Origin: an uncultured Clostridium sp.
GTDB taxonomy: Bacteria > Bacillota > Clostridia > TANB77 > CAG-508
Direction of reading: 5' to 3'
DNA length: 64,000 nucleotides
Assembly: GCA_948441945.1 (NCBI GenBank)
Contig: CAOJQV010000001.1
Location: 46,977 to 110,976, forward strand
The stretch's first letter is position 1, and each line of letters starts with the position of its first letter. Positions 31,133-41,349 of the stretch are shown here, in pieces. The translations under genes and the position numbers were made by a program. Below the pieces are notes generated by a model. That model was not told the origin of the DNA and did no database searches. It saw nothing but the letters and a program-made list of their open reading frames with translations.

Positions 31133-31852
31133 ATGCGGAAATCAAAAATCTTTTTAATTCTTTCAGTTTTATGTTTGGCAGTTTTTTCATATATTTGTTT
31201 TATTGCCAAATTACCAAGTAACCTGCCATGGAACACAGTACGCATTATTCTTATTGTGCTAACTATTATTTTTTGTATTATTTCTATTTGGTTAAATAAC
31301 CTAGAATATAATACTGAATATGTAAAAAAAGGCGATGAGAAAATTGCAGAGTTAAGGGAAAAAAGTAATAACATAGCTTTGGTAGTTGCTGCTTATTCAA
31401 AGTACATTTATGAAAATCTTCCTTCAGATTTAAAAGAAGAATATTCTATTATAATTAATAAAGATGATGAATATCTTCTTGATATGAATGAGAATTGTAA
31501 TTTAATGCATTCAGAAATAATGAAGGATAAAAGTGAACAACAATTCCTTACAGTTGCTTGCCTTGTAGACGCTTTAGTTTCTGGGTGGAAAATTAGCAGT
31601 ACCATTCCTAAAGAATTCGCTTTTTTGGATGAGTTGGTTTATACTAATTGTGGACTTGCTTGTTATGTTGCGTTTAACCTAATTGATTTACCCTATTGCG
31701 ATTTAAACACAAATTATTATGTTAGTAAGTTCAATGACGTACTTGCTGGGAGTTACTATGATAAGGTATGTGGCAAGGCTTCTACAATTATGTATGAAGC
31801 ATTAATACTTGAATTGTTATACAATGATTTTTGCGAAAAGTCCGAAGAATAA
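31133..31852 (+). CDS. hypothetical membrane protein
   Basis: 239 aa, two N-terminal TM helices, own terminator. Confidence 0.45.
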   Translation: MRKSKIFLILSVLCLAVFSYICFIAKLPSNLPWNTVRIILIVLTIIFCIISIWLNNLEYNTEYVKKGDEKIAELREKSNNIALVVAAYSKYIYENLPSDLKEEYSIIINKDDEYLLDMNENCNLMHSEIMKDKSEQQFLTVACLVDALVSGWKISSTIPKEFAFLDELVYTNCGLACYVAFNLIDLPYCDLNTNYYVSKFNDVLAGSYYDKVCGKASTIMYEALILELLYNDFCEKSEE

Positions 31853-31917
31853 TTTTTCTTTAATGTTAATGAAAAAGGCGGAGAGTTTTATACTTTCCGC
31901 TTTTACCTTTAAATTTA

Positions 31918-33654
31918 TTATTTATTATTATAAGTAGTATGTAATAATTTTTCTGCTCTATAACTACCTGGTGTTTCCAAATATTCCTCATATACCTTTT
32001 TAATTACAGGATTTTGATGTGACTTTCTAATACTGAATTTTTCATCTATTTTATATAAGCTATCTGCCCTTAGTCTTCTTACATCTACATTTGCACGAAT
32101 TTCCGAACTTTTTATAGGTTGACCTCCACCCATTACACATCCTCCTGGGCATGCCATAATTTCTACAAATTGATAATCCGCTTCTCCAGATTTTATTTTT
32201 TCCATAATTTTTTGAGCATTTCCTAATCCACTTGCAACAGCTACTTTAATATCAATTCCATTAATATTTACTATTGCTTCTTTTATACCTTTTTCTCCTC
32301 TTACATCTTTGAAATCAATTTTATCCAAATCTTTACCTGATAAAGTGTCTTGTGCAGTTCTTAAAGCTGCTTCCATAACACCACCTGTTGTACCAAAAAT
32401 ACTAGCAGCTCCTGTTGATTCTCCTAATGGATTATCAAATTCACTATCTTCTAAATTATCAAATTTAATATTTGCATATTTAATCATTCTAGCAAGTTCT
32501 CTTGTTGTTATTACACAATCAACATCTAAAAGTCCATTATTTGATAATTCCTTTCTTTGACTTTCATATTTTTTTGCAATACATGGCATTACTGAAACTA
32601 CATAAATTTTTTCAGGGTCAATATTTTCTTTTTTTGCATAATATGATTTTATTAAGCTTCCTAACATTTCATGTGGTGATTTACAACTAGATAGATGTGG
32701 TAATAATTCAGGATAATTTATTTCTATATATTTAATCCAACCAGGACAACACGATGTTATCATTGGCAAATTATCATTTTCTTTAAATCTTTCAATAAAT
32801 TCATTAGCTTCTTCCATTATAGTAAAATCTGCACCTGTATTTGTGTCAAAAACTTTATCAAATCCTAATCTTCTTAAAGCTGTAACCATTTTACCAGTAA
32901 CATTTGTACCAATTGGCATGTCAAACTCTTCGCCTAATGCTACTCTTACAGCTGGAGCAGGTTGAATAACTACATAACTATCTGAATCTTTTAACTTAGC
33001 CCATACATCATCAATATTTTCTTTTTCATGTAAAGCTGCTGTTGGGCAAGCTTGTATACATTGACCACAATTTACACAATTTGTATCATTTAAACTTTTT
33101 CCATAAGATGTTGAAATATTTGACTCAAATCCTCTATTTGCACAATCAATGGCACCTATTTTTTGAACATTTTTACAAACAGCAACACATCTTCTACACA
33201 ATATACATTTATTAGGGTCTCTTACAATGGCAGGAGATAAGTTATCAATTTCGTTTTCTTCTCTTTCTCCTTTAAACTCTATTGACTGAATATTAAACTT
33301 TCTAGCTAGTTGTTGTAACTCACAATTTCCCATTCTTGAACAAGTTAAACAGTCTTTATCATGATTAGATATAATCAAATCTAAAATAACATGTCTTGCT
33401 TCCATAATCTCAGGAGTATTAGTTTTTATTACCATACCTTCTTCAACTTTTTGGATGCAAGAAGTTGCAAAACCTCTTCTGCCTTCAACTTTAACTATAC
33501 ACATCCTACAATCGCCAATCTCGTTTATGTCTTTTAAAAAGCATAATGTAGGAATATCAATTCCTGCTTTTTTTGCAGCTTGTAATATTGTAGTTCCTTT
33601 AGGTACTGATATATTTTGATTATCTATAGTTATATTTACTAATTCTTCTTTCAT
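31918..33654 (-). CDS. hydA: [FeFe] hydrogenase catalytic subunit HydA (bifurcating type)
   Basis: N-terminal 2Fe-2S and 4Fe-4S Cys motifs; H-cluster motifs TSCCPGW, MPCIAKK, ACPGGCVMGGGQP. True start at MKEELVNI with a GGAGGA RBS; the longer ORF N-terminus (MCQKGTSPLAQ) is translated repeat sequence. Confidence 0.9.
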   Translation of the reverse strand: MKEELVNITIDNQNISVPKGTTILQAAKKAGIDIPTLCFLKDINEIGDCRMCIVKVEGRRGFATSCIQKVEEGMVIKTNTPEIMEARHVILDLIISNHDKDCLTCSRMGNCELQQLARKFNIQSIEFKGEREENEIDNLSPAIVRDPNKCILCRRCVAVCKNVQKIGAIDCANRGFESNISTSYGKSLNDTNCVNCGQCIQACPTAALHEKENIDDVWAKLKDSDSYVVIQPAPAVRVALGEEFDMPIGTNVTGKMVTALRRLGFDKVFDTNTGADFTIMEEANEFIERFKENDNLPMITSCCPGWIKYIEINYPELLPHLSSCKSPHEMLGSLIKSYYAKKENIDPEKIYVVSVMPCIAKKYESQRKELSNNGLLDVDCVITTRELARMIKYANIKFDNLEDSEFDNPLGESTGAASIFGTTGGVMEAALRTAQDTLSGKDLDKIDFKDVRGEKGIKEAIVNINGIDIKVAVASGLGNAQKIMEKIKSGEADYQFVEIMACPGGCVMGGGQPIKSSEIRANVDVRRLRADSLYKIDEKFSIRKSHQNPVIKKVYEEYLETPGSYRAEKLLHTTYNNK

Positions 33655-33667
33655 TTTTCCTCCAACT

Positions 33668-33698
33668 TGTGCCAAAGGGGACGTCCCTTTTTGGCACA
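33668..33698. repeat. composite palindromic repeat, family B (TGTGCCAAAGGGGACGTCCCTTTTTGGCACA)
   Basis: 9-bp outer inverted repeats around a central GGGACGTCCC palindrome; same unit twice at 52007-52080. Confidence 0.8.
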
Positions 33699-33826
33699 TT
33701 TTATTTTTCTTTTATATGATACAATCTCCTGTTGTCGATTGCATAAGTAATCTGTAACTCTACGCAGCATACTATATACGTAATTCACTTCGTTCAAACG
33801 TCTATAGCAACTTTCGTTCGAACAGA

Positions 33827-35683
33827 TTACTTAATTGCCTTAAATGGACACTTTGTTAGACATGTACCACATTTGATGCATTTTTCTTGATTTATTTTTC
33901 TAACTTCTCTTGCTTCTCCTTCTATTGCATTTACTGGACAATTTTTTTGACATAGCCCACATCCTTTACATTTGTCTGCTTCTATTTCTATTTGTGTTAG
34001 ATTTTTACATTCTTTGCTTCTGCATTGTTTATATGTAACATGTTCTTTATATTCTTCTCTAAAATATTTTAATGTGCTTAATACTGGATTTGGTGCACTT
34101 TGCCCTAGTCCACATACACTTGATTCTCTAACATTTAATGCTAATTTTTCTAGTTTATATATATCTGCTTCTGTTCCTTCTCCATTACATATTCTTTCTA
34201 ATATTTCGTGCATTCTTTTTGTTCCAATTCTACATGGTGTACATTTTCCACAACTTTCTGATACTGTGAAGTCTAAGTAAAATTTTGCTATACTTACCAT
34301 ACATTTTGTATCATCCATAACTATAAGTCCACCTGAACCCATCATTGAACCTATTTCTTTTAGCGATTCATAATCTATTGGTGTATCTAAATGTTCTTTT
34401 GGTATACATCCTCCTGACGGTCCACCTGTTTGTGCTGCTTTAAATTCTCTATTATTTGGAATTCCTCCACCTATGTCATAAACTATTTCTCTTAGAGTTG
34501 TTCCCATTGGTACTTCTACTAATCCTATATTATTTACATTTCCTCCTAATGCAAATACTTTTGTTCCTTTTGATTTTTCTGTTCCTATGTTGTTATACCA
34601 ATCTGCTCCATTTATAATTATTTTTGTTATATTTGCATAAGTTTCTACATTGTTTATAAGTGTTGGCTTACCCCATAATCCTGATACTGCTGGATATGGT
34701 GGTTTTACTCTTGGATGTCCTCTTCTTCCTTCAATTGATTCTAATAGTGCTGTTTCCTCTCCACATACAAATGCTCCTGCTCCTAGTCTAATTTCTATAT
34801 CAAATTCAAATTTTGTTTCAAAAATGTTTTTACCTAATATTCCATATTCTTTTGCTTGGTCTATTGCTATTTGGAATCTTTTAACTGCTATTGGATATTC
34901 TGCTCTAACATATATGTATCCTTTATTTGCTCCTATTGCATATCCTGCTATAATCATAGCTTCTATAACACAATGTGGGTCTCCTTCTAATATACTTCTG
35001 TCCATAAATGCTCCAGGGTCTCCCTCATCTGCGTTACATACTACATATTTTTGGTCTGATTCAACATTTTTAGTTGATTCCCACTTTAGACCTGTTGGGA
35101 ATCCTGCTCCTCCACGTCCTCTTAGTCCTGATTTTTTAATTTCTTCTATTACTTCATCTTGTGTCATAGTTTTTAACACTTTTTCTAGAGCTACGTATCC
35201 ATCAAAGGCTATATATTCATCAATATCTTCTGGATTTATTACTCCGCAGTTTTTTAATGCTATTCTTTTTTGTTTTTTATAGAAGTTAAGTTCATCTAAA
35301 CTGTTTACTTTAGTTCCATCAATATCTTTGCAAAGTAGTCTTTCTACTTTTTTTCCTTCTATAATATGTGTTTGTATTATTTCTTCACAATCTTCTGGCT
35401 TAACCATAGCATAAAATGTGTCTTCTGGTCTTATTATTACTATTGGCCCTTTTGCGCATAATCCAAAGCATCCTGTTTTTATTACTCTTACATTTTCTAT
35501 GTTTTTTTCTTTAATTATTTTTTTGAAATTTTCTAATATTTCTACTGATTTTGATGATGTACATCCTGTTCCATGACATACTAGTATGTGTTTTTCTCTT
35601 GTGTCTAATTTTGTATTTACTCTTAATTCTAGTTCTTTTCTTTTTTGCTCTCTTATATCATTTATTTCTTTTAATGTTTTCAT
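33827..35683 (-). CDS. hydB: NADH-binding subunit of bifurcating hydrogenase (NuoF-like, HydB/HndC)
   Basis: NuoF core (GRGGAGFPTGLKW, FMN/NADH sites) and C-terminal ferredoxin Cys motifs. Confidence 0.9.
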   Translation of the reverse strand: MKTLKEINDIREQKRKELELRVNTKLDTREKHILVCHGTGCTSSKSVEILENFKKIIKEKNIENVRVIKTGCFGLCAKGPIVIIRPEDTFYAMVKPEDCEEIIQTHIIEGKKVERLLCKDIDGTKVNSLDELNFYKKQKRIALKNCGVINPEDIDEYIAFDGYVALEKVLKTMTQDEVIEEIKKSGLRGRGGAGFPTGLKWESTKNVESDQKYVVCNADEGDPGAFMDRSILEGDPHCVIEAMIIAGYAIGANKGYIYVRAEYPIAVKRFQIAIDQAKEYGILGKNIFETKFEFDIEIRLGAGAFVCGEETALLESIEGRRGHPRVKPPYPAVSGLWGKPTLINNVETYANITKIIINGADWYNNIGTEKSKGTKVFALGGNVNNIGLVEVPMGTTLREIVYDIGGGIPNNREFKAAQTGGPSGGCIPKEHLDTPIDYESLKEIGSMMGSGGLIVMDDTKCMVSIAKFYLDFTVSESCGKCTPCRIGTKRMHEILERICNGEGTEADIYKLEKLALNVRESSVCGLGQSAPNPVLSTLKYFREEYKEHVTYKQCRSKECKNLTQIEIEADKCKGCGLCQKNCPVNAIEGEAREVRKINQEKCIKCGTCLTKCPFKAIK

Positions 35684-35711
35684 AAATTATTCTCCCTTCA
35701 AAGATAATCTC

Positions 35712-36197
35712 CTATTTTAGCAATTCATCTAAAACTTCATCCAATTTTTTTACAGTTGCTTTTCCATAAACTTCGTCATTGACTGTAAACACAGGTGCTA
35801 GTCCACAAGCTCCTACACATCTAGTTTGGTCAATTGAAAACATTCCATCTTCTGTTGTTTGACCTGGTTCTATTTTTAGTCTTTCTTTTAATCTATCTAA
35901 TATTTTTTGTGAACCTTTTACATAGCATGCTGTTCCTAAGCAAACTGATATTGTGTATTTTCCTTTTGGTTCTAATGTAAATCTTGAGTAAAATGTTATT
36001 ACTCCATATATTTCTGCCATTGGTATTTTAAGAAATTCTGATATTTTTGTTTGAGATTCTTTTGGAATATATCCAAAATGTTCTTGAACTTCATTTAAAA
36101 TTTGAATTAAATTATCTTTTACTGGTAAATATTCTTGAAACAATCCGTCCATAAATTGGTCTATTTGTTTGTTATTACAATCTTTTTCTTTATTCAT
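35712..36197 (-). CDS. hydC: NuoE-like 2Fe-2S subunit (HydC/HndA)
   Basis: Thioredoxin-like 2Fe-2S ferredoxin: CLGTACYVKG...CVGACGLAP. Confidence 0.85.
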   Translation of the reverse strand: MNKEKDCNNKQIDQFMDGLFQEYLPVKDNLIQILNEVQEHFGYIPKESQTKISEFLKIPMAEIYGVITFYSRFTLEPKGKYTISVCLGTACYVKGSQKILDRLKERLKIEPGQTTEDGMFSIDQTRCVGACGLAPVFTVNDEVYGKATVKKLDEVLDELLK

Positions 36198-36379
36198 TTG
36201 TTACCTCCTTGTTACATTATATTTTTGTAACTATAGAGATTATATCAAAACTAAAATTTTTATACAATATTTTTTTGTTTTTATTTGGCATTTTTTGTCA
36301 TAAGAGGATGGTTCGTTTTAAGATAGCCGTTTGAGTTTAACAAATTATTGATATTTTATGCATTGTGCTGAAACGTTTT

Positions 36380-36409
36380 TTGACTTTATGTAACGTTTTA
36401 TGTTATAAT
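36380..36409 (+). promoter_or_regulatory. strong sigma-A promoter TTGACT-18-TATAAT
   Basis: Sequence ttgactttatgtaacgttttatgttataat, upstream of the 36446 ORF. Confidence 0.5.
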
Positions 36410-36445
36410 ATAAGTATCTAAAAAATTTTAGGAGGTACAGTAAGA

Positions 36446-36709
36446 ATGGAAACAACAACACGGAACAACACAACGAACACAGAGGAACTCAAAATGAAGA
36501 CTTCTTTGATTAAAGATCAGATCAGGTTTGGTCAGCTAAAACATCAGAAAGTTGTCACTGTAGCTTTTCCTAATTCGGATAGAGTTAGCGATGAAGCTAT
36601 TGAGCAAGAGTTTCAAAAGTATTTGAAGTACAAACCTAATTTTACTTCAAAGCAGTCTATCGCAACAGTAGGTTCCAACAGTGTTTCGTTGTGGACCATC
36701 GAAATCTAA
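36446..36709 (+). CDS. small hypothetical protein (87 aa) in a GC-richer patch
   Basis: AGGAGGT RBS and strong promoter. GC clearly above flanks. G6/C5 hairpin terminator at 36717-36752. Confidence 0.45.
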   Translation: METTTRNNTTNTEELKMKTSLIKDQIRFGQLKHQKVVTVAFPNSDRVSDEAIEQEFQKYLKYKPNFTSKQSIATVGSNSVSLWTIEI

Positions 36710-36850
36710 CACCATTCGGCGGGGGGAGAGATACATATCCCCCTGTTTTTTTAATTCTTTTTTATAAAAATTAAAAATTTACTAGACTATGCATTTTTTT
36801 TGTGATATTATATAACATATAAATCAAAAGAAAAACTTTGGAGGTCAATA

Positions 36851-37210
36851 ATGAATAAAATTACAAAAATAATATTAATAATAATTACATTTTTTATATT
36901 AATTTTTACAAATATAAACTATATAAATGGTGTTGACTTAAATTTAACAGAAAATTCTTCAAACAGTAACTCTTATAATACAAACACTGATTATGACGAA
37001 GACGAAGATGATTATGAAAACCAATATAATACTTCAAACTCTACAACAAATACAACATCAAGCAGTTCAACTAACACTCCTTCTGCTAGAGTTACATCTA
37101 CTACAAATTCTGATTTAGAATTATCAAATATTTTAAATATTTTTTTAATAGTTGTAGGTGTTATATTAATATTACTAGCTGTAGCAATTTTACTAAAATT
37201 AAATAGATAA
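36851..37210 (+). CDS. small secreted/membrane-anchored S/T/N-rich protein
   Basis: Signal peptide, low-complexity acidic/STN-rich middle, C-terminal TM anchor. Confidence 0.45.
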   Translation: MNKITKIILIIITFFILIFTNINYINGVDLNLTENSSNSNSYNTNTDYDEDEDDYENQYNTSNSTTNTTSSSSTNTPSARVTSTTNSDLELSNILNIFLIVVGVILILLAVAILLKLNR

Positions 37211-37354
37211 TTTTAAAGCTAAAATTTCATTTTTTGAAAGTTTTTAGCTTTTTTTTGATATTTTAGTCATTTTTTGTATGTATATTTTGTCCATATTTTA
37301 AAATAATAATAATAGATTTTTATAAATCTATTATTTTTTAAGGAGGACAATTTC

Positions 37355-37804
37355 ATGAACAAAAAATTTTTTGTTTTTTTCGGTATTATTGTATCTATTA
37401 TCTTTTCTTTTACATTTTGTTTTGCTACAAATAATGATGGTATGGGAAAAGCTGTAAATGATGTTAGAAATTTTGTAGGTGGTGTTGAAGGTACTGTTGA
37501 AAATGCTGCAAAAGATGTTTCTAATGTTTCTAAAGATGCTACTGGTTCAGTAGAAAACGGATTAGATAACGACCAAAATAATAGAAATGATACTGCTGGT
37601 TTTACTACAAGTGGAAACGATGGTCAATATACAGCAACTAGAACATCAACTGATGATACAACATTAATGGGTATGACTTCTACTGCTTGGACTTGGCTTA
37701 TTTTAGGAATTGCTGCTATAGCTATTATTGCAGTTGTTTGGTATTATTCTATGCAATTTACAAAAACATCTAATCATAATGATGACAATAATAGATTAGA
37801 TTAA
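37355..37804 (+). CDS. small secreted protein with C-terminal TM anchor
   Basis: Same architecture as the upstream gene: signal peptide, then TM helix WTWLILGIAAIAIIAVVWYY. Confidence 0.45.
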   Translation: MNKKFFVFFGIIVSIIFSFTFCFATNNDGMGKAVNDVRNFVGGVEGTVENAAKDVSNVSKDATGSVENGLDNDQNNRNDTAGFTTSGNDGQYTATRTSTDDTTLMGMTSTAWTWLILGIAAIAIIAVVWYYSMQFTKTSNHNDDNNRLD

Positions 37805-37866
37805 TTATTGCAGGTTTGGATTTTTCGTGATATACTATTGCTACATTAAAAATAAGAGGTAAATTT

Positions 37867-38322
37867 ATGGAAACAAAATTAATTGCGAAAAATCCTACTG
37901 CTTTTCATAATTATACTATTGAAGATAAATTAGAAGTAGGTATTGTTCTTTCAGGTACAGAAATAAAATCTATTAGAAATGGTAAAGCAAATATGAAAGA
38001 CAGTTATGCTATAATTAAAAATGCTGAAGTATACATAGTTGGAATGCATATTAGTCCTTATGAACAAGGAAACATCTTTAATAAAGATCCTTTAAGAGAT
38101 AGAAAATTACTTTTAAATAGACGTGAAATCAATAAGTTAATTGGTCTTACTAAACAAAAAGGTTATAGCTTAGTTCCTATTAGTATGTATTTTAAAGGTA
38201 GTTTAGTAAAAATAGAACTTGGGTGTGGTAAAGGTAAAAAACTATATGATAAACGTGAAGACATTGCTAAAAAAGATGCTGAAAGAAGAATTAAACAACA
38301 AATGTCTATAAGAAATAAGTAA
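37867..38322 (+). CDS. smpB: SsrA-binding protein
   Basis: [45 protein letters not shown] is canonical SmpB. Confidence 0.9.
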   Translation: METKLIAKNPTAFHNYTIEDKLEVGIVLSGTEIKSIRNGKANMKDSYAIIKNAEVYIVGMHISPYEQGNIFNKDPLRDRKLLLNRREINKLIGLTKQKGYSLVPISMYFKGSLVKIELGCGKGKKLYDKREDIAKKDAERRIKQQMSIRNK

Positions 38323-38376
38323 GATGGAAAAAAAGGGATTTTTGTCCTTTCCCTTTTTCCTTCTTTTCTTTTTATT

Positions 38377-39309
38377 TTATGCTTTATTTTCTGAACCAAA
38401 AACATTTACAATTTTATGTTTTACAGTTTCTTTAATTAATTCTCTTGCTTCTCCTAAATATTTTCTTGGGTCAAAAGCATTTGGATTTTCAGCAAATACT
38501 TTTCTAATTCCTGCTGTCATAGCAAGTCTAAGGTCTGTATCTACATTAATTTTTGATACTCCTGAAATGCTGGCTTCATGTAATATTTCATCTGGAACTC
38601 CTTTTGCTCCTGGAATGTCTCCTCCAAATTCATTACACATATTAACTAATTCTGGTATAACAGTTGATGCTCCATGTAGTACAATTGGAGTGTTTGGTAT
38701 CCTTTCTTTAATTTCCTTTAATATGTCAAATCTTAATTTTGCTTCACCTTTAAATTTATATGCTCCATGACTTGTACCAATAGCAATTGCTAATGAATCA
38801 CATCCTGTTCTTTTTACAAATTCCTCTGCTTGTGCTGGGTCTGTATACATTGCATCTGATGCTTCTACATTTACATCATCTTCAATTCCTGCTAATTTAC
38901 CAAGCTCTGCCTCTACTGTTACACCATGCTTATGTGCATAATCTACTACTTTTTTTGTTAATGCTATATTTTCTTCAAAATCATATTTTGAACCATCTAT
39001 CATAACTGATGTAAATCCATTATCTATACACATTTTTGCTGTTTCAAAATCTGGTCCATGGTCTAAATGAATTGCTATTGGTATATTTGGATTTTCTTCT
39101 ACTGCTGCTTGTACCATTTTCATTAGATAATTTATTCTTGCATATTTTATTGCACTTGATGATACTTGTAAAATTACTGGTGAGTTTGTTTCTGATGCTG
39201 CATCTACTATTCCTTGTATTATTTCCATATTATTTACATTAAATGCTCCTATTGCAAATCCTTCTTTCATTGATTTTTCAAACATTTCTTTTGTTGTTAC
39301 TAAAGCCAT
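38377..39309 (-). CDS. fba: fructose-bisphosphate aldolase, class II
   Basis: HLDHG, Zn ligands, FDILKE...LHGASTV motifs. Confidence 0.9.
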   Translation of the reverse strand: MALVTTKEMFEKSMKEGFAIGAFNVNNMEIIQGIVDAASETNSPVILQVSSSAIKYARINYLMKMVQAAVEENPNIPIAIHLDHGPDFETAKMCIDNGFTSVMIDGSKYDFEENIALTKKVVDYAHKHGVTVEAELGKLAGIEDDVNVEASDAMYTDPAQAEEFVKRTGCDSLAIAIGTSHGAYKFKGEAKLRFDILKEIKERIPNTPIVLHGASTVIPELVNMCNEFGGDIPGAKGVPDEILHEASISGVSKINVDTDLRLAMTAGIRKVFAENPNAFDPRKYLGEARELIKETVKHKIVNVFGSENKA

Positions 39310-39476
39310 TTTTATTTCCTCCTTATATTTTTAATTATATTGCTATTTTATTTCTAAAATACGAATATGTCAATATTTTTTTAATATTATGTGTTTTTTA
39401 GGAAGTTTTAAACATTTGTTAACATTTTTTTATTTTTTCTAATATTATACACAAAAGTGAAAGGAGTTTATTTTTT

Positions 39477-40184
39477 ATGGATTATGAATTAATGATGAAT
39501 GGAAATGTAAAGATTGGTCAAAAAGCTCCAGATTTTGAAGCTACTACAAGTTGTGGTCCTGTCAGCTTAAATGATTATAAAGGAAAATGGTTGGTTTTAT
39601 TTTCACACCCAGGTGATTTTACCCCAGTTTGTACTACTGAGATGATTGCTTTTACAAGAGCTTCTACATACTTTAAGCAACTAAATACTGAACTTTTGGG
39701 ATTAAGTATTGATAGCAATTCTTCACACTTAGCTTGGATATACAACATTTATTGCAAAACAGGAATTCAAGTTAATTTTCCTATTATAGCAGATAGAAGC
39801 GGTCAAATTGCAAGAAAGTATGGAATGATATCATCTGATGTAAGTACTACAGAGACTGTTCGTAATGTATTTATTATTGATGATAAAGGCATAGTAAGAG
39901 CTATTTTTGTTTATCCATTAAACGTAGGAAGATTTATCCCCGAAATTATAAGAACTATTCAAGCACTTCAAATGGCTGACTGTTCTGAAGGTTCTACTGC
40001 TGCAAACTGGATGCCTGGTCAACCTGTAATTGTTCCACCTCCTCAAACTTATTGCCAATTAGAAGAAAGAGTTAAATCTATAGAAGAAAATCAAAACGGA
40101 ATTAGTTGGTATTTAAGTTTTAAAGAGCCACCTAAAATCTGTGAAAAAAATGATTCTAATAAGAATAATGATGAATGTAATTAA
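39477..40184 (+). CDS. peroxiredoxin (1-Cys/Prx6-like, AhpC/TSA family)
   Basis: KGKWLVLFSHPGDFTPVCTTE peroxidatic Cys motif; C-terminal extension. Confidence 0.85.
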   Translation: MDYELMMNGNVKIGQKAPDFEATTSCGPVSLNDYKGKWLVLFSHPGDFTPVCTTEMIAFTRASTYFKQLNTELLGLSIDSNSSHLAWIYNIYCKTGIQVNFPIIADRSGQIARKYGMISSDVSTTETVRNVFIIDDKGIVRAIFVYPLNVGRFIPEIIRTIQALQMADCSEGSTAANWMPGQPVIVPPPQTYCQLEERVKSIEENQNGISWYLSFKEPPKICEKNDSNKNNDECN

Positions 40185-40212
40185 TTGTAACACATTGCTT
40201 ATTACAAATAAT

Positions 40213-40252
40213 GTACTAAACTCAAAATTAGATATTTTTTTGAGTTTAGTAC
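40213..40252 (+). terminator. terminator hairpin with 15-bp perfect stem
   Basis: gtactaaactcaaaa-ttagatatttt-tttgagtttagtac. Confidence 0.55.
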
Positions 40253-40632
40253 ATTATAGCTTTTTTAATACAAGTTATAGAAGCATTATTAACATTAATA
40301 TCTCCTGTACCCCCATTTTTAATAGTACCACCAGAAACAACTATATTTTGTAATTTTATATTAGTAGATGTATTATTAAAATTAGATTTAACTCTTAATT
40401 TAATAGAAAATATATTTTCAAATACATTTTTATCATAAATTAATTAAGCTGTATTGCCTCCACTTGCTAGTGAAACTGTAGATATTTTTAATAGTATTAT
40501 AATAAAAATTTTAGAAATTTTTTCCATTAACATAAACATATACATAATACATATTTTAGGAGATTTTTCAAGTACTTTTTTAATTTAATGTAATTAATTT
40601 TTGATAATGTCATAGTAAAATTAACATTTGAT

Positions 40633-40674
40633 TATGTCATAGTGAACTGCTTGATTACAGTTCACTATGACATA
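40633..40674. repeat. orphan 17-bp perfect inverted repeat (TATGTCATAGTGAACTG-8-CAGTTCACTATGACATA) with an upstream half-site copy
   Basis: Perfect 17-bp stem with no T tail, in a ~550-bp gene-free region between convergent genes; partial copy aatgtcatagtaaaa at 40606-40620. Confidence 0.6.
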
Positions 40675-40796
40675 ATTAAAAGTTAATTTTAATATTTTTT
40701 TATGACATTTTCAAAAGTTATTGACATTGATATTTTTTCCAGTTTTTATACAAACAAAAAACCTAACACAACTCAGCGTTAGGTTTTTTGTTATTG

Positions 40797-41264
40797 CTAA
40801 AAAAATTTCCACTTTAATAGTATACAACATTTTTCATTTCTTCTAATGAATCCTCCCATATGGTATATTCCTGAAAGTTCAAATTTAACTTTAGACAGTT
40901 TGTTTAAATCTCCTATTAATTCCTCTACATATTGATTCAAAATATTTATTTTTACTTCATCTCCAAAACCTTTTACATTTAGATCAGATTGTGAAAAATA
41001 AATACTAATAGGATTTTTAGACTTAATACAACTACTAGCGAGCTGTACATCGTCTTTTTTGACTTTATTTAGTTGTTTTGCAACTTCAAGGGCATTCCGT
41101 TTTTTGACTTCAAAAAACTCATCATTAGTCCAGCCTTTTTGACTGAGAAATGTTCTTGGAAATTTCCATCGATATTGGATAAGTATAGTCTTTTCCAATT
41201 CTTTAGCAATTGAGGTCATTTTTTCTAACTTTGTCGTTAATTCTAATTCTGTCATTTCTTTCAT
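40797..41264 (-). CDS. hypothetical protein
   Basis: 155-aa ORF with bidirectional terminator aacctaac...gttaggtt downstream. Confidence 0.45.
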   Translation of the reverse strand: MKEMTELELTTKLEKMTSIAKELEKTILIQYRWKFPRTFLSQKGWTNDEFFEVKKRNALEVAKQLNKVKKDDVQLASSCIKSKNPISIYFSQSDLNVKGFGDEVKINILNQYVEELIGDLNKLSKVKFELSGIYHMGGFIRRNEKCCILLKWKFF

Positions 41265-41349
41265 TTTCCTCCTTATACTGTTCTAAGCCTCTAATTCAAC
41301 ATTTAATCATTTTAATTATACTATATTTTTTTATAAATTTCAACTCTTT

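Noticed and set aside
33700-33830. Possible tRNA in the hydA-hydB spacer (TTCGTTCGAAC looked T-loop-like)
   Set aside because: No acceptor stem, D-arm or anticodon arm can be built. More likely an inverted-repeat mini-element.
33972-35282. Plus-strand ORFs inside hydB (102 and 210 aa), and similar ones inside guaA, guaB, secA, sufB, spoIIIAE
   Set aside because: Antisense shadow ORFs within well-supported conserved genes.
38323-38376. tmRNA (ssrA) expected downstream of smpB
   Set aside because: Only a bidirectional terminator hairpin lies between smpB and fba. There is no GGGG...tRNA-like acceptor/T-arm (GGTTCGA.TCC...CCA) sequence.
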